Below are positions 24,020 to 35,723 of a stretch of DNA of 64,000 nucleotides, in pieces. The position numbers and the translations under genes are program-made. The stretch's first letter is position 1. Each line of letters begins with the position of its first letter. The notes under the pieces were generated by a model. That model searched no databases. It was not told where the DNA came from and saw only the letters and a list, made by a program, of their open reading frames with translations. Origin of the DNA: Torpedo marmorata (lineage: Eukaryota); contig OZ360246.1 in NCBI GenBank assembly GCA_977017645.1, positions 10,416,001 through 10,480,000 of the forward strand, in the 5' to 3' direction.

Positions 24020-25335
24020 CAGTAAAATCCCCATTATCCGGCACTCAATCAACCATAAACTCAAACAACCAGCAAAAAAAAAAATGAGGAAGTAAATAAA
24101 TCAAATGAATTTAAAAATAAATATGAATAAATAAAGTTTTAAATATAAGTTTAAATAAAAGTTTAAAATTGTAAAAGTAAATGTTCTCCGAAGCAACACA
24201 CAACCCCTTGGGAGTAAATATTCAGCCAGCGGAGCTCCCGATCATGCTCCGCCCGCAGCAGCTGTTTGAATAAAGTTTTCAATAAAGTTGTGTTTAAATT
24301 AAATGGCGTCACCCAGGATGAAGAGCCAGCCGATGTCGCTCACCACTGGGGCGACTCTTCCAAAGTATCTGCCTATCCCTGCCTGGTAAGGGTCTTTGTC
24401 TTTATTAATATGTCATTAAGTATATTAGTAAGGCTTTATCTGTAAACTTGAGGTAAGGAAGGGAGTTAATTATGATGGCGGCACGGTTAGCGTAGCGGCT
24501 AGCACAACGCTGTTGCAGCGCTCGTGAATGGGGTTTGAATTTAAAGGAAGGTACGCCGAGGGCCTGACCGGGACACATGCGTGGAGGTGAGTCTGGTTAC
24601 GCCGAGGGCCTGACCGGGACACATGCGTGGAGGTGAGTTGCGTTGCGCCGAGGGCCTGACCGGGACACTTGCGTGGAGGTGAGCCGGGTTGCGCCGAGGG
24701 CCTGACCGGGACACTTGCGTGGAGGTGAGTTGCGTTGCGCTGAGGGCCTGACCGGGACACTTGCGTGGAGGTGAGCCGGGTTGCACCGAGGGCCTGACCG
24801 GGACGCTTGCGTGGAGGTGAGTCTGGTTATGCCGAGGGCCTGACCGGGACACATGCGTGGAGGTGAGCCGGGTTACGCCGAGGGCCTGACCGGGACACAT
24901 GCGTGGAGGTGATCCGGATTGCACCGAGGGCCTGACCGGGACGCTTGCGTGGAGGTGAGTCGGGTTGTCAACGCGAGGGGAGGGGGGTTAATTATAATAG
25001 CGGCGGGCGGGGTTAGAGTAGCTGTTAGCGCAACGGTGTTACAGCACCAGTGACCGGAGTTTGAATTTAAATTCTCCAGTGACCAGAGTTTGATTTTAAA
25101 TTCTGTAAGTTACAGGAATTACCTGATTAAAGTGAACTTTATATAATTAAAGACTACAATACTGATTTTTTTTCAAATTACTTTACATTTTGCACTGTTT
25201 TTTGTCTTTTAAACGGTATATTCTTAATGCAGGTGTCTTAGTTAGGAATTGGAAGAGTTAGCCTCAGTCAACCGGAAAATTCGCATATCCAACATCCATG
25301 ATCCCCGTAGGTGCCAGATAATGGGGATTTTAATG
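24020..25335. mobile_element. Tigger/pogo-like non-autonomous DNA transposon carrying SINE heads and a minisatellite
   Basis: TA|cagtaaaatccccattatccggcac ... gtgccagataatggggattttaatg|TA (25-bp TIR with 2 mismatches, TA TSD). Confidence 0.78.
24554..24967. repeat. 46-bp CpG-rich minisatellite, 9 copies
   Basis: Unit cgccgagggcctgaccgggacacatgcgtggaggtgagtctggtta recurs at 24554, 24600, 24646 ... 24922. Confidence 0.97.
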
Positions 25336-25478
25336 TATTTTCCAATCGTGACAATGAAGGCAACTCTTGGAGCTCATTTGGATTATGCACTGCCTTAGTC
25401 TTTTCCATCTACCCAGCAAAATGTGTGGCTTGGTGGGGAACACTCAGTCCTTTGAATTGTAAAACTGAGGGTACCAGT

Positions 25479-26738
25479 CCCCCTCTGGAGGCTTAAACAC
25501 CAGCGCTTGTCCTGCGAAGTAGCACTGAGGAAATGCGACAGAGTTGTGTTGGGGAGGGGAGGGACTATCCGTTAAGGAGCAGGGGCATCACTGCGTGGTA
25601 CAGGAACTGCTCCGCCCAAGACCGCAAGAAATCGCAGAGAGTTGTGAACGTAGCTCAGACCCTCACACAAACCACCGTCCCCCCTGCCGACTCCGTCTAC
25701 ACATCCCACTGCCTTGGAAAAGCAGCCAACATATCAAAAGACGCATCCCATCCTCGGCACATTGACTTCACCACCCCCCCAAGCGTGAGATCACGCACCA
25801 GATTCAAGGACAGTTTCTTGCCTGTTGTTATCAAGCTCCTGAATGAACCTCACGCAAGTAAAATTATGCTGCCGTTGCTCTGTACCATCTGATTTCTTTC
25901 TCTCATTCTCCACTTCTGTATCATGTATTCCTTTCTGTACTATGTATGGGATGTCTCGTTGGACTGCTCGCCAAACAAACTTTCTCACTGCACCTTGGTG
26001 CATGTGACAATAGACTTGAACTTGATCGTGTTGTGTGCAAATTAATTTGCTGCATTTCCTCCATGACGCACTGACTTCACTTCAGGGGTTGCTGAGTGGT
26101 TTGGAACGTCCTCAGCTGATGCGAGTTGCTACCGAAATGCAAGCCTGCCTTTCATTCACCTCACCCTTTCCTCTCGTGAACTTCCGCAGCTTCCCTTCAG
26201 TGACCCCACACTGACCCGTGTGCCTGGGAGTTCCACACCCTTCGTACTCTTGGTGTCACCATGGAGATGTGTCCCTGTCCACCATTGGATTAAACAGTGA
26301 GGACTGACCAGACGATTGACCCTCAGCTCCGAGTGTGTCCCCGTACCCCATCGGATTAGATTTAAACAGACAGGACCGACCCAGTGATGGACCCCCATCT
26401 CCGAGTGTGTCCATTTGCCCATCGAATTAAACAGAAAGGGACTGGGGAGGGGTGAAAACAATGTGCCGAGGATGGGATGCGTCTTTTGATATGTTGGCTG
26501 CTTTTCCAAGGCAGTGGGATGTGTAGACGGAGTTGGCGGAGGGGACGGGTGTTTGTGTGAGTGTCTGAGCTGCGTTCGCAACTCTCTGCGGTTTCTTGCG
26601 GTCTTGGGCGGAGCGGTTCCTGTACCACGCAGTGATGCCCCTGCTCCTTAACGGATAGTCCCTCCCCTCCCAACTCTGTCGCATTTCCTCAGCGCAACTC
26701 CGGAGTACCAGTGCTGGTGTTTAAGCTTCCGGAGGGGG
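25479..26738. repeat. Inverted duplication of about 300 bp (25479-25780 vs 26444-26738)
   Basis: ORFs 25533+ and 26684- encode nearly the same peptide (EGRDYPLRSRGITAWYRN...KDASHPRHI); homology extends into the non-LINE flank. Confidence 0.9.
25575..26025 (+). mobile_element. Older Rex1-like LINE 3' fragment
   Basis: GITAWYRNCSAQDRKKSQRVVNVAQ...KDASHP...RTRFKDSFLPVVIKLLN; tail cttgaacttga. Confidence 0.7.
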
Positions 26739-26900
26739 TCTAGACGAGGAAATGGACCCCCGGCTCTGAGTGTGTCCCCTCTCCCACCAGATTAAACAGT
26801 CAGGACCGACCAGGCGATTTACCCCCGGCTCTGAGTGCGTCCCCTCCCTTATCGGATTAAACAGTGAGGACCGACCAGGCAAGGGACCCCTGGCTCAGAG
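26265..26900. repeat. Degenerate tandem units of about 55-60 bp (gtgtccc...ggattaaacag...ggac.gaccag) on both sides of the right inverted arm
   Basis: Motif at about 26270, 26335, 26405, 26770 and 26835. Confidence 0.65.
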
Positions 26901-26989
26901 GTGCATTGGAGCTCAGAACCAGCGCTCTGCGCCAATCACAGAACCTGGCTCGGACCTGGCGCAAGATGGAACGAAAGGAAAAGCCTTAC

Positions 26990-27788
26990 TTGACGGTGGA
27001 GACGGTTCCGGTTGTGATGGAGTCAGTCCGGGAGAAGCTGGACTTCAGCAGGTCTGGACCCCCAATGCCAGCTGAGGCAACTAAATCAGAGGCAGGCCCC
27101 GGGACGCAGGAGGTGCCAGAGAGGGGAGCGGCAGCTGCGCTGGTCGGGGCTTTCACCACGGCCAGCTTCTGGATGTTCTTGACGTCGTATTTGGAGGGGC
27201 GTCCAACCTTGCCGGTCTTGAAGGCGATGGCGCCGCCCATGTCCGGATCTCCCTCCCCGGGCCTGAAGAGGTGCAAGTACTTGACGTTCTCCAGGTCATA
27301 CTTGGAGGGCCTCTTGTAGGTGTTGCCGTTCTGGGGCCGGAAGCTCTCTCCCGTCTTCAGCTTCTGGATGAAGTAGTCGTACTTCGACGCCCGAGGGGCC
27401 AGGCCTTGGGTCTGGGCCAGTAGGCCGGGGGCAGGCTTGGCGTCGCGGCGGAGGGGAGCCTCTGTACCGCTCGGCAGAAGAGCCTCCTTTTCCTTCTGGG
27501 CCCGGGGACCTGGCTCCTCAGCTTTGGCGGAGGGAAGCGGCCGGGGCAGCTGCTCCCCCGCCTTGAGTTTCCGAATGCACTCCTCGTACTTGGAGCTGCG
27601 GATCCTCCTCGCCAGCGCATCCTCGCCCAGAGAGGCCCCGGGGTAGGTCTCTGAGGTAGTGGCGTTCAACTTGTCAAAGCTGATCTTCTTCGCCAGCTCG
27701 TCCTTGACGTTCTGGTCATTGTAGCCGAACATTCCCAGGAATTCATTCATCGTCGATGCTGCATAGTCATGGAGCGTTGAGATTTCCC
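26990..27788 (-). CDS. CASZ1: CASZ1 internal coding exon ([23 protein letters not shown]...[11 protein letters not shown])
   Basis: Acceptor ctacag|GG at 27788 (phase 1, fits the previous exon) and donor GTCAA|gtaagg at 26990 (phase 2). Peptide motifs [48 protein letters not shown] and [13 protein letters not shown] match CASZ1. Confidence 0.96.
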
Positions 27789-29387
27789 CTGTAGATGGTG
27801 GGACAGGAAGGGGAAAGACACCGAAGAGTTAAACATTTCAGGAACATTCTGCACAGCTCTTAAGTTTTACGACTGCTAAATTAATTTGTAAAAAGTAATT
27901 AATACAGGGGCAAAATAAAGGGAGTTCATCAATGTCAGGAAAATCAATTTCACTAAATGTTCTAGTCAATGGCTTCTCAGTACATTAAACAAAGTTTTCA
28001 TAAAGGTTTTTGACGCACAGCTCCACTTAATATGTACAAAGTCATCTCTGCTGTTTGGTGTCTCGCCTTTATTGACTAATTTGTTTTATAAGAGCACATT
28101 GTCAGAGATGATGGTGGGTGAAGGGGCTTTCCGTTCTTTATTTTTCTTAGAACTCCTACTCTGACTAATAATGCAATGGAATCGTTTGGTTTGCAGTTTT
28201 GTTTTGCGAGTACATATGGCTATTTGGGTTTTTTTTTCAGGAAGGAGCCTTTTATTCGGTAAGGGGCGCACCGTCCTGACTTGAACTACGTCGCCAGCCC
28301 TTCGATGGCGCTGGTCTGAATCCCGGTGCTCTCTGCCCTGCAGGCGTTGTGGGTGTCCAATCACCAACAGTGGTTCAAGGAAGAGGCTTCCCTACTCAAG
28401 GGCACTTGGCAATGGGTCATGACCGCCTTACTGTTCTGAACAACGAACTGGACGACCACTGGGCTGGCTGGGTAAGTGAGAGGCTTTCTTGGGACGTGTG
28501 TTGTGTTTCGCCTGCCATCGCTACATGACAAGCGGCCTTCCCGCTCCCTGACGCTGACTCCCCCGTTCAACATGGCTGCTCCATGATCGGATCGGCCTTT
28601 CCCACTCTCTCTCAACAACTTTGGTACAATAAATGCATCGGTCGCTTTTTAAAATGAACAAATAGCCCAGCGTCATTTGCCATTCGTAAAGGAGTGGGCT
28701 GGAAGTTCCATCATCGTTAATGAACGGACCCTCACTCCTGAAAGACGTGGCTCCGTTTGTTTAGGCCCCCTCAATCTACACTCGCCAACCAGTTGAAGGT
28801 ATCGAGCTCTCTCTACCTCAACAGCACCCCTCAAAGCCTGGTGCATTTACAGGTTCTCAGCGGTGGACCTTGGATGCCCGGCTAGGGTCACAAAACTGCT
28901 GGGACACATTCCACCAATGTCATCACTGCCCCATCTACACCCCTCTCGTTTCTACAAGAACAAGTGTTCAGCAACGTGAAAGAAAGTACACACCGCATCT
29001 CTTTAAAGCACCATTGAATTTTCTTCCCGATAACCCTGGAAACTCATCCATAATCCATAGGAATTCCTGGACAATCTCAGAGCCACGAGCACAACCGGGC
29101 TTCGTTGGCAGATCAAAGATTTTGCTCATTGGTGAAGAGGTTACAATTTTATTGTACTTTATCGGGGAAGTTTCTCTCCGTATGTGTAACAGGAAGCGTT
29201 ATGAGCCATTCAAGGAATGAGGTGTCATACTGTTGGTTGGACTGAGTATTGGTTTTCACTCATAGTTTGCTTCTGAGACAAAGGGCTTGGGTTCAAGTCC
29301 CTTTCGAGGGAGTGCAGCACTGCCAAAGGCACCGATTTGCAGTTGAGACCTCACTTAACACCATTGGAAAGAGGTCACTGTGGTACT

Positions 29388-29872
29388 TCAGAGAAGATTT
29401 ACTAGAATTATATCAGGAATGAAAGGGTTAGCATATGAGGAACATTTGTCAGCTCTTGGACTATACTCGTTGGAGTACAGAAGGATGCGGGGAACCTCAT
29501 AGAGACATTTTGAATGCTGAAAGGCCTGGACAGAGTAGATGTGGCAAGGATGTTTCCCATGGTAGGGGAGTCTAGGACAAGAGGGCACAGCTTCAGGATA
29601 CAAGGGCTTCAATTTAAAACAGAGATTTGGAAAAATTTCTTTAGTCAGAGGGTCATGAGTCTGTGGAACTTGTTGCCCCAGGCACCTGTGGAAACGAGGT
29701 CATTGGGTGTATTTAAGGCAGAGATTGACAGGTATTTGATTAGTCAGGGCATCAAGGGTTACGGAGGGAAGGCCGAGGAGTGGGGCTGTGTGGGTGGATG
29801 GATCAGCTCATGATAGAATGGCCGAGCAGACTCGATGGGCCGATTGGCCTACTTCTGCTCCTATATCTTGTG
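29388..29872 (+). mobile_element. CR1-clade LINE 3' fragment
   Basis: MLKGLDRVDVARMFPMVGESRTRGHSFRI...FFSQRVMSLWNLLPQ. Confidence 0.88.
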
Positions 29873-32123
29873 AAACTCTGATTATCCCACATCCAATTGC
29901 TTGGAAGTTCCAATGGTCCGTCATCTGGCTCAATTGTTAGCTTGGAATGTGAGTCAGGGTACAAATGGGCTGTACGGACAGAGGTGGTGGTTCCGGGTGG
30001 GGCTGAAGCTGGGGTCAGGGGTCAGGTTGTGAGCCAGCTGTGCGGAATACTCGGGGTCAGGTAGAAGGACATTTGAAAGCAGGTTTTCCATTCACAGGCA
30101 CAAGACTGCTTGGGCTAATCTGATCCAGCTGGGAGAATGGGTGAAAATATTCTGGAAGATGTGTGCATGGTTTTCTGGGCAGGAATTTCAGGCTGAAGCA
30201 CTCTGGCTTATAAGGAGCAACAGGGAGGAAGGGGGAGAGAGAGAGATGGATTGAACATGACAGCTGTCACAGCCCATCATTACATTTAGCAGCAGTTTAG
30301 GATACAAGGCATAGCTAACAAATTGGGGAGACTTTGCCTTGTTGATCTCACACCAGGAACGTGCAGCTTTGTGTTACCAGAGGCGGGAAAGGTGAACGAG
30401 TGTCGGGGAATCTTCGCCCAGGAGACGAAACGCCTTCACCCTGAAACTGACTGAGAATGGCTTCAAAATTTCAAGCTTCCCCTTCTAGGCCCATGGATTT
30501 TAAACTGGTCGCTCTGTAAAATTGCTCCAATCAAAAGCAGTTCAACTCAAATTGCGGACATTGACGTGGCAATTGGCGCCATTTCAAACTGTTCGATCGT
30601 GTCAAGGTCCCTTTGAGCGAAGATGTGAGACGCACAAAGGACAATGTTACTGCACAGTCAGGAGGGACAGGTGGAATGCTCCACAGGAGCTCAGAAACAT
30701 CACCAGCTGCACAAAACAGCCCCCTGTCCAAATGGTGGCTGTCATTACTCATTCTCCACAAGTTTCAGCTGTCGTACTCTTGGCTCAGAGTCAGAATGTG
30801 CTGGGCAGACGATCCCGAGCAGGTCTGAGGGTGAGCTGAATTATCAGAGCTACCAGTTCCCAGCTGAGGTGTCGGCCCAAGGCCCTCTCAGAAAGGATTT
30901 GGGAGCGAGGTTCCAATGGGGATTTGCCCCCAGCGGCACCAACAGATTGCCTGGTCACGATCACATAGTTACCTGTGGGACCTTGCTCTGCCAAAATCGG
31001 TGCTTTGACAGTGGAGAGTGTCGTAACGGAAGGCTTTTAGGTTATGGAAGAAACCGCCCAGTTCTATCCCAAACATGGCTCGATCAAAACTTCCGGCACT
31101 CGCTCAGGTGGCTACGTAGCCTATCCCTGGGAGATCAAGGCATACCTCTGCCAGCTAACGGGCACCTGGGTTTCTGCAGGACAGACCCTCGAGGCCTTCA
31201 ATGGGGGGAGAGGGTTCAGAGCGTAGGAGGCTGATTGAATGGGACTGGCACAGGGAGGGAAGGTTTACAGAATGCAGCACCCAGTAATACTGCTTACATC
31301 ATTGATCACGTCAAGCACAGCGTCGCACAGACCATGTGCCCTGTTGAACGCGTGGAGCCACTATCTGTCCAAAATAACCCAAGATCTGTTCATGGAACAC
31401 TGGGCAGGGGCTCCAGCGGTCGAAGGAGTCTAAAGTGTTTAAGACTCATCGCCTCATAAGGCTTGAATTCAGCAAGAATAATTTGTTCTGACAGAGTGTC
31501 AGATAATCTTACTTTAAAAATAGTGTAAAAATGTTTTGACCTTATCATATTTCCTCCCGATGATGTCATCCCTTGGCTTTAGGTAATTCCAGATTTCTAT
31601 ATCAGAAGCCAGTTCAGTAGATAGTGTCATTGGAGCATTAAATGAAGTACCCTAATCTTTGCACTTAAAGTCTGCAGATTCCTTCACGAAGAGCTGTCCA
31701 GGCCTGTCTATATTTGAACCCATTAAATACACGTTTTCCTCTCATGTGATAACAAACGGCACTTCATATCTCCACCTTTTTACATTCCAGAGCGGCACTG
31801 AGAAACCCCGCGAGGGGTCAGCGTGCGTGACCTCTGCACCCCCCCCCCCCTGCGCCGCCATTGCAAGAGCCCTTTAATCTCCGCTCATCCACGAGCTGCT
31901 TGGCTTTCGTTCAACAGCAGCTGTTGGCTTCGTCGGGACTGAAGAAGTGCTCAGCACACAAACGTTTGAAGAGCTCAAGTTCTCACTCTCAACGTTTCTC
32001 ACCATCACGGGGATGAAATGCCTATTTGTTTGGGGGGGGGGTGTGCAATTGGGAATTTTATTATTTTCTCTTTCAATTAACAAGTGAGTCTAAATTGCAC
32101 CCTGGGAGAAGATTGGTGATCAT

Positions 32124-32237
32124 CAGTGGCGTCACCAGGGTTGGTGTCACCCAGTGCAGTAACTCATGGTGTCATCCCCTCTGAGAGTGTCACCCGGTGC
32201 GGTCCGCACCCTCTGCACCCCCCTAGTGACGCCAGTG
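32124..32237. mobile_element. Small hAT-type MITE next to a CASZ1 splice donor
   Basis: TIRs cagtggcgtcac / gtgacgccagtg (1 mismatch); 8-bp TSD GTGATCAT on both sides; internal gtgtcaccc motifs. Confidence 0.88.
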
Positions 32238-32267
32238 GTGATCATATGAGGGGCAAGGGTAACTCAC

Positions 32268-32781
32268 CTGAAGAGGCAGTGCTGGGTTGCCTCGTGCTGG
32301 CCTCACTGGAAGAATTATAACCTTCTTCTTTCCGCCCCACCTCCTCGGAATCTCGATCCTCCACGCAGCTGCCGTCGAGAGATCCCTGAGCTCCATCGTT
32401 GTCCTCCTCCTCCTCCTCCTCCTCCTCCTCCTCACTGCACCCTTTGGGCTGAAGCATGTACACCCCTTCCGAGGACAGGAAGCCCCCGGGCCCGGCCTTC
32501 GCTTGGAAGTCCCCGTGTTCGTCCGTGTACTCCCCGTTCACCCACTTTTCTATGGCTTCCCGCCTCTTCTTGTCCTCCTCCAACCTCTGGAAGCGGCGCA
32601 GGCCGCCGTGGCTCTCGGCCTCGCCCTCCTGCTCGCTGGGGTGCAGCCCGTCGCCGTGGCAACTCTCTTGGAGTTTATGGTCTGGCTCGGCCTGCTCTGC
32701 CGCACAGTCGTAGACAACCTGCCGACTTAGCTTGGCACAGATAGCGTTCAGTTTCAGACCACCCTTCCGCTTGGCAGCCAT
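32268..32781 (-). CDS. CASZ1: CASZ1 coding exon from MAAKRKGGLKLNAICAKLSRQVV; the exon probably begins at an acceptor at 32825
   Basis: Translation matches the vertebrate CASZ1 N-terminus as I recall it (KRKGGLKLNAICAKLSRQVV, IEKWVNGEY, EGVYMxQPxGCS). Donor TCAG|gtgagt at 32268/32267, phase 1. Candidate acceptor after a pyrimidine tract, ...cccttggaag|TG, at 32825. Confidence 0.95.
32404..32433 (-). repeat. Pure (GAG)10 coding microsatellite (poly-Glu) in a CASZ1 exon
   Basis: (CTC)10 on the plus strand, in frame as EEEEEEEEEE. Confidence 0.95.
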
Positions 32782-33284
32782 CTTGGAATTTCCTGAGGTG
32801 GCCTCAATGCATGAATTTCATTCCACTTCCAAGGGACAGGAGAGGCCGCAGGAAAAGATTGCAAACAGAGAAAACAAAAACACAATGTAAATATCACCGT
32901 GCAATTTTTAACACAGCAGGCAGACTGTAGAAAACCACAAGAACTGCAGTTGCTAGAATCTGGAGCAAACAACAAGAAACTGGAGGGACTCAGAGGGTCA
33001 GGCAGCATCCGCGGAGAGAAGTGGTCAGTCAACGTTTCGGGTCGGGACCCTTTCTCAAGACTAACGTGGGAAGCGGAGGTAGCAAGTATGAAACTAAAGG
33101 AGGGGGGAAAGGCTGGGGGAGTTAGGGGAGAAGACCACGGGGGGGGGGAGGGGTGGAGAGGAACGTTTGAGGGAAGAGGGACAGCAGGAGCAGGTAGAGG
33201 AAAGATGGAAACAGCAGAACTCGATCGAAGTGGGCTTACCTAAATTTGGAAAATTCGATGTTCATGCTGTTAGGTTTTAGGTGT

Positions 33285-33510
33285 ACACAAAAGCGTTGGA
33301 GAAACTCAGCAGGTCCCGCAGCGTCCATAGAAGGCAAAGATATATAACCGACGTTTCGGGCCTCAGCCCTTTGTTAAGGTAGGGCTCAGCAGGCCTGAAA
33401 CGTTTGTTATATTTCTTTGCCTCCTACGGATGCTGCGTGACCTGCTGAGTTCCTCCAGCTCTTTTGTGTATTAACTACAATCACAGCATCTGCAGGCGTT
33501 CTCGTTTCAC
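33285..33510. mobile_element. Fold-back PLE terminus within a larger degraded PLE (about 32930-33710)
   Basis: Inverted arms around agcccttgttaaggtagggct; GIY-YIG remnant CRLGDHFPKHL on the minus strand at about 33680. Confidence 0.75.
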
Positions 33511-33892
33511 TGGGTTTTAAGTTACCGGGTGGAATAGAGTATGCTGTTTCCACAAGTTTACGTTTGGCCTCACCTTGTCAATGGACGAGGTGGGAGACAG
33601 ACAGGTCCGTGTGTGAGTGCCTAAGGGAGCCAAAATGGCTGGCAATCTGGAGTTCGTCTTGGACCCAAGGTTAGAGCACAGGTGCTTGGGGAAGTGGTCA
33701 CCCAGTCTGCAATTGTATTCGTTTCTGTCAAAGTGACAGGTGAAGTTAATACGTAGAATCAACAGAGAGATCCTGTATCCCCAACAGATGGTTTAAGGAC
33801 CAAGAGACCCAGATATAAAGTCATGTGAAAAAGCTACAGGGGGACATGTGAGGATGAACTTATTGATGTAGCAAAGGTGCTTATGATATAGT

Positions 33893-34165
33893 CAAAACAC
33901 AATGCTGGAGAAACTCAGCAGGTCAAACAGTGTACTTTATGTAGGAAAGATAAAGATACATAACCAACGTTTCGGGCTTGAGCCCTTCATTAAGGTATGA
34001 CAAAATGTAGGCAGGTGCCCGAACAACTCTTTGTCGTTAAATATCTTTAAATAAACAAAATATCTTTTTCTTTGCTACATAAAGTACACAGTTCAACCTG
34101 CTGATTTTCTCCAGCATTGTGTTTTTACTTCAATCACGGTGTCTGCAGACTTTCGTGTTTTACTT
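33893..34165. mobile_element. Fold-back PLE terminus
   Basis: aaacacaatgctggagaaactcagcagg...cctgctgattttctccagcattgtgttt inverted arms. Confidence 0.8.
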
Positions 34166-34855
34166 CTATGTATGATACGGAACTTACCACCAATAAATGT
34201 GTAAACGTCAATTAGGACATATAAAAGAAATTTTTTAGAGAGCTATATTTGCAGAGACATGGGGAAGAAATAGGGGTTGGGATTGTTCTGCAAAGAGCAA
34301 GTATAGGCTTGATGAGCTGAATAGTCTCCTTTCCAATGCAGAAATGGAAACTGTAAAGCATCATATTTCATTACTGTGGCATCCACACTATAATGGTGCG
34401 GTTTGACAAATGAAGTAAATCACACAAAGTGTTCCAAAGACGTACGGGGTTTGTTGGTTAATTGGTCACATGAGTTTATTTGGGTGGTGTGGGCTGGAAG
34501 GGCCTGCGGCCTTAACTCTTAAACAATGTAATATCTAAACCCAGCATCCCCAACTTGCATTGGAGGGATGTGGGCCGGGCGAAACGGAGCATGTCTGAGT
34601 CCGATGGCAGAGGTCCATGGTGACATTCTGCAGCTGCTGCACACCAGACACGCCATTAGGAATGGCTGCAGGTGCTCAGAAGATCAGCCGCAACTGTGGA
34701 GACAGAAGCAGGGTTTGTACTTCTGGCTGATGCCCTCAGACCTGGAATCAGCGATGAAATTGAGAAAGGTGGGGAAGGGAGGAACCAGCTCGTGCGTGGG
34801 TGTGAGGCAGCAGGGAAAGAAATGGTGAAAACGGCAAGAATGCCGTAATTTAGCC

Positions 34856-35105
34856 ATAGACATACATACAGCACGGTAACAGGCCCTTTCGGCCCACGAG
34901 CCTGTGCTGCCCAATTACACCCAATTAACTTACAACCCCCGGTACGTATCGAATGGTGGGAGGAAACCGGAGCACCCGGAGGAAACCCATGCAGACACGG
35001 GGAGGATGTACAAACTCCTTACAGACAGCGTGCGATTCGAACCCCGGTCCTGATCGCTGGTGCTCTAACAGCGTTGCGCTAACCGCTACGCCAACCGTGC
35101 TGCCC
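34856..35105 (-). mobile_element. tRNA-derived SINE
   Basis: Family homology, full length. Confidence 0.9.
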
Positions 35106-35472
35106 CAACTGTGACAAAGGACCCAAGGAGCGAAAACTAGGAGATCTGGGCGACCAATGGGAATGTGTTGAACCACACTCAGTCGAAGGTTACAATGCAC
35201 CGAAGTGTCTTTCCTCAAGTTTAAGTTGAACTTCTCATTGCAGGATTTCTGTTCACCTCGATACTGCTGTGTCTTACACAGAGCTTCCACCATTATTAGT
35301 GACAATATAATTGCAGAATAAGGGGAAAGGTTCAAATACTTTCCCTTGAGAGGTCTTTGCCCTAAAACTTTAACCCTTTGTCAATCTCCACAGACGTTGA
35401 GAACTTCTGGCCTTTCCGCAGCATTTTGCTTTTGAAGCAATTATACTGGGGCATTTGTGACTCTGTTTACTT

Positions 35473-35723
35473 TTTATTTTTTAGACATACAGCACGGTAA
35501 CAGGCCCTTTCGGCCCACGAGCCCGTGCCGCCCAATTACACCCAATTGACCTACAACCCCCGGTATGTTTTGAATGATGGGAGGAAATCAGAGCCCTCCG
35601 GGGAAAACCCACGCAGACACGGGGAGAACATACAAACAGCCTTATAGACAGCGCTGGATTCGAATCCCGGTCCCGATCGCTGGTGCTGTAACAGCGTTGC
35701 GCTAACCACTACGCTAACCGTGG
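35473..35723 (-). mobile_element. tRNA-derived SINE
   Basis: Family homology, full length. Confidence 0.9.

Noticed and set aside
24554-24967. CRISPR-like array
   Set aside because: Head-to-tail 46-bp units with no unique spacers, no cas genes and a vertebrate context.
26864-27646. Plus-strand ORFs opposite the CASZ1 exons (also 32287-32730)
   Set aside because: Antisense shadows of GC-rich coding exons with no independent support.
30522-31459. Cluster of overlapping ORFs up to 196 aa
   Set aside because: No recognisable domain or splice structure; consistent with chance ORFs in moderately GC-rich intron.
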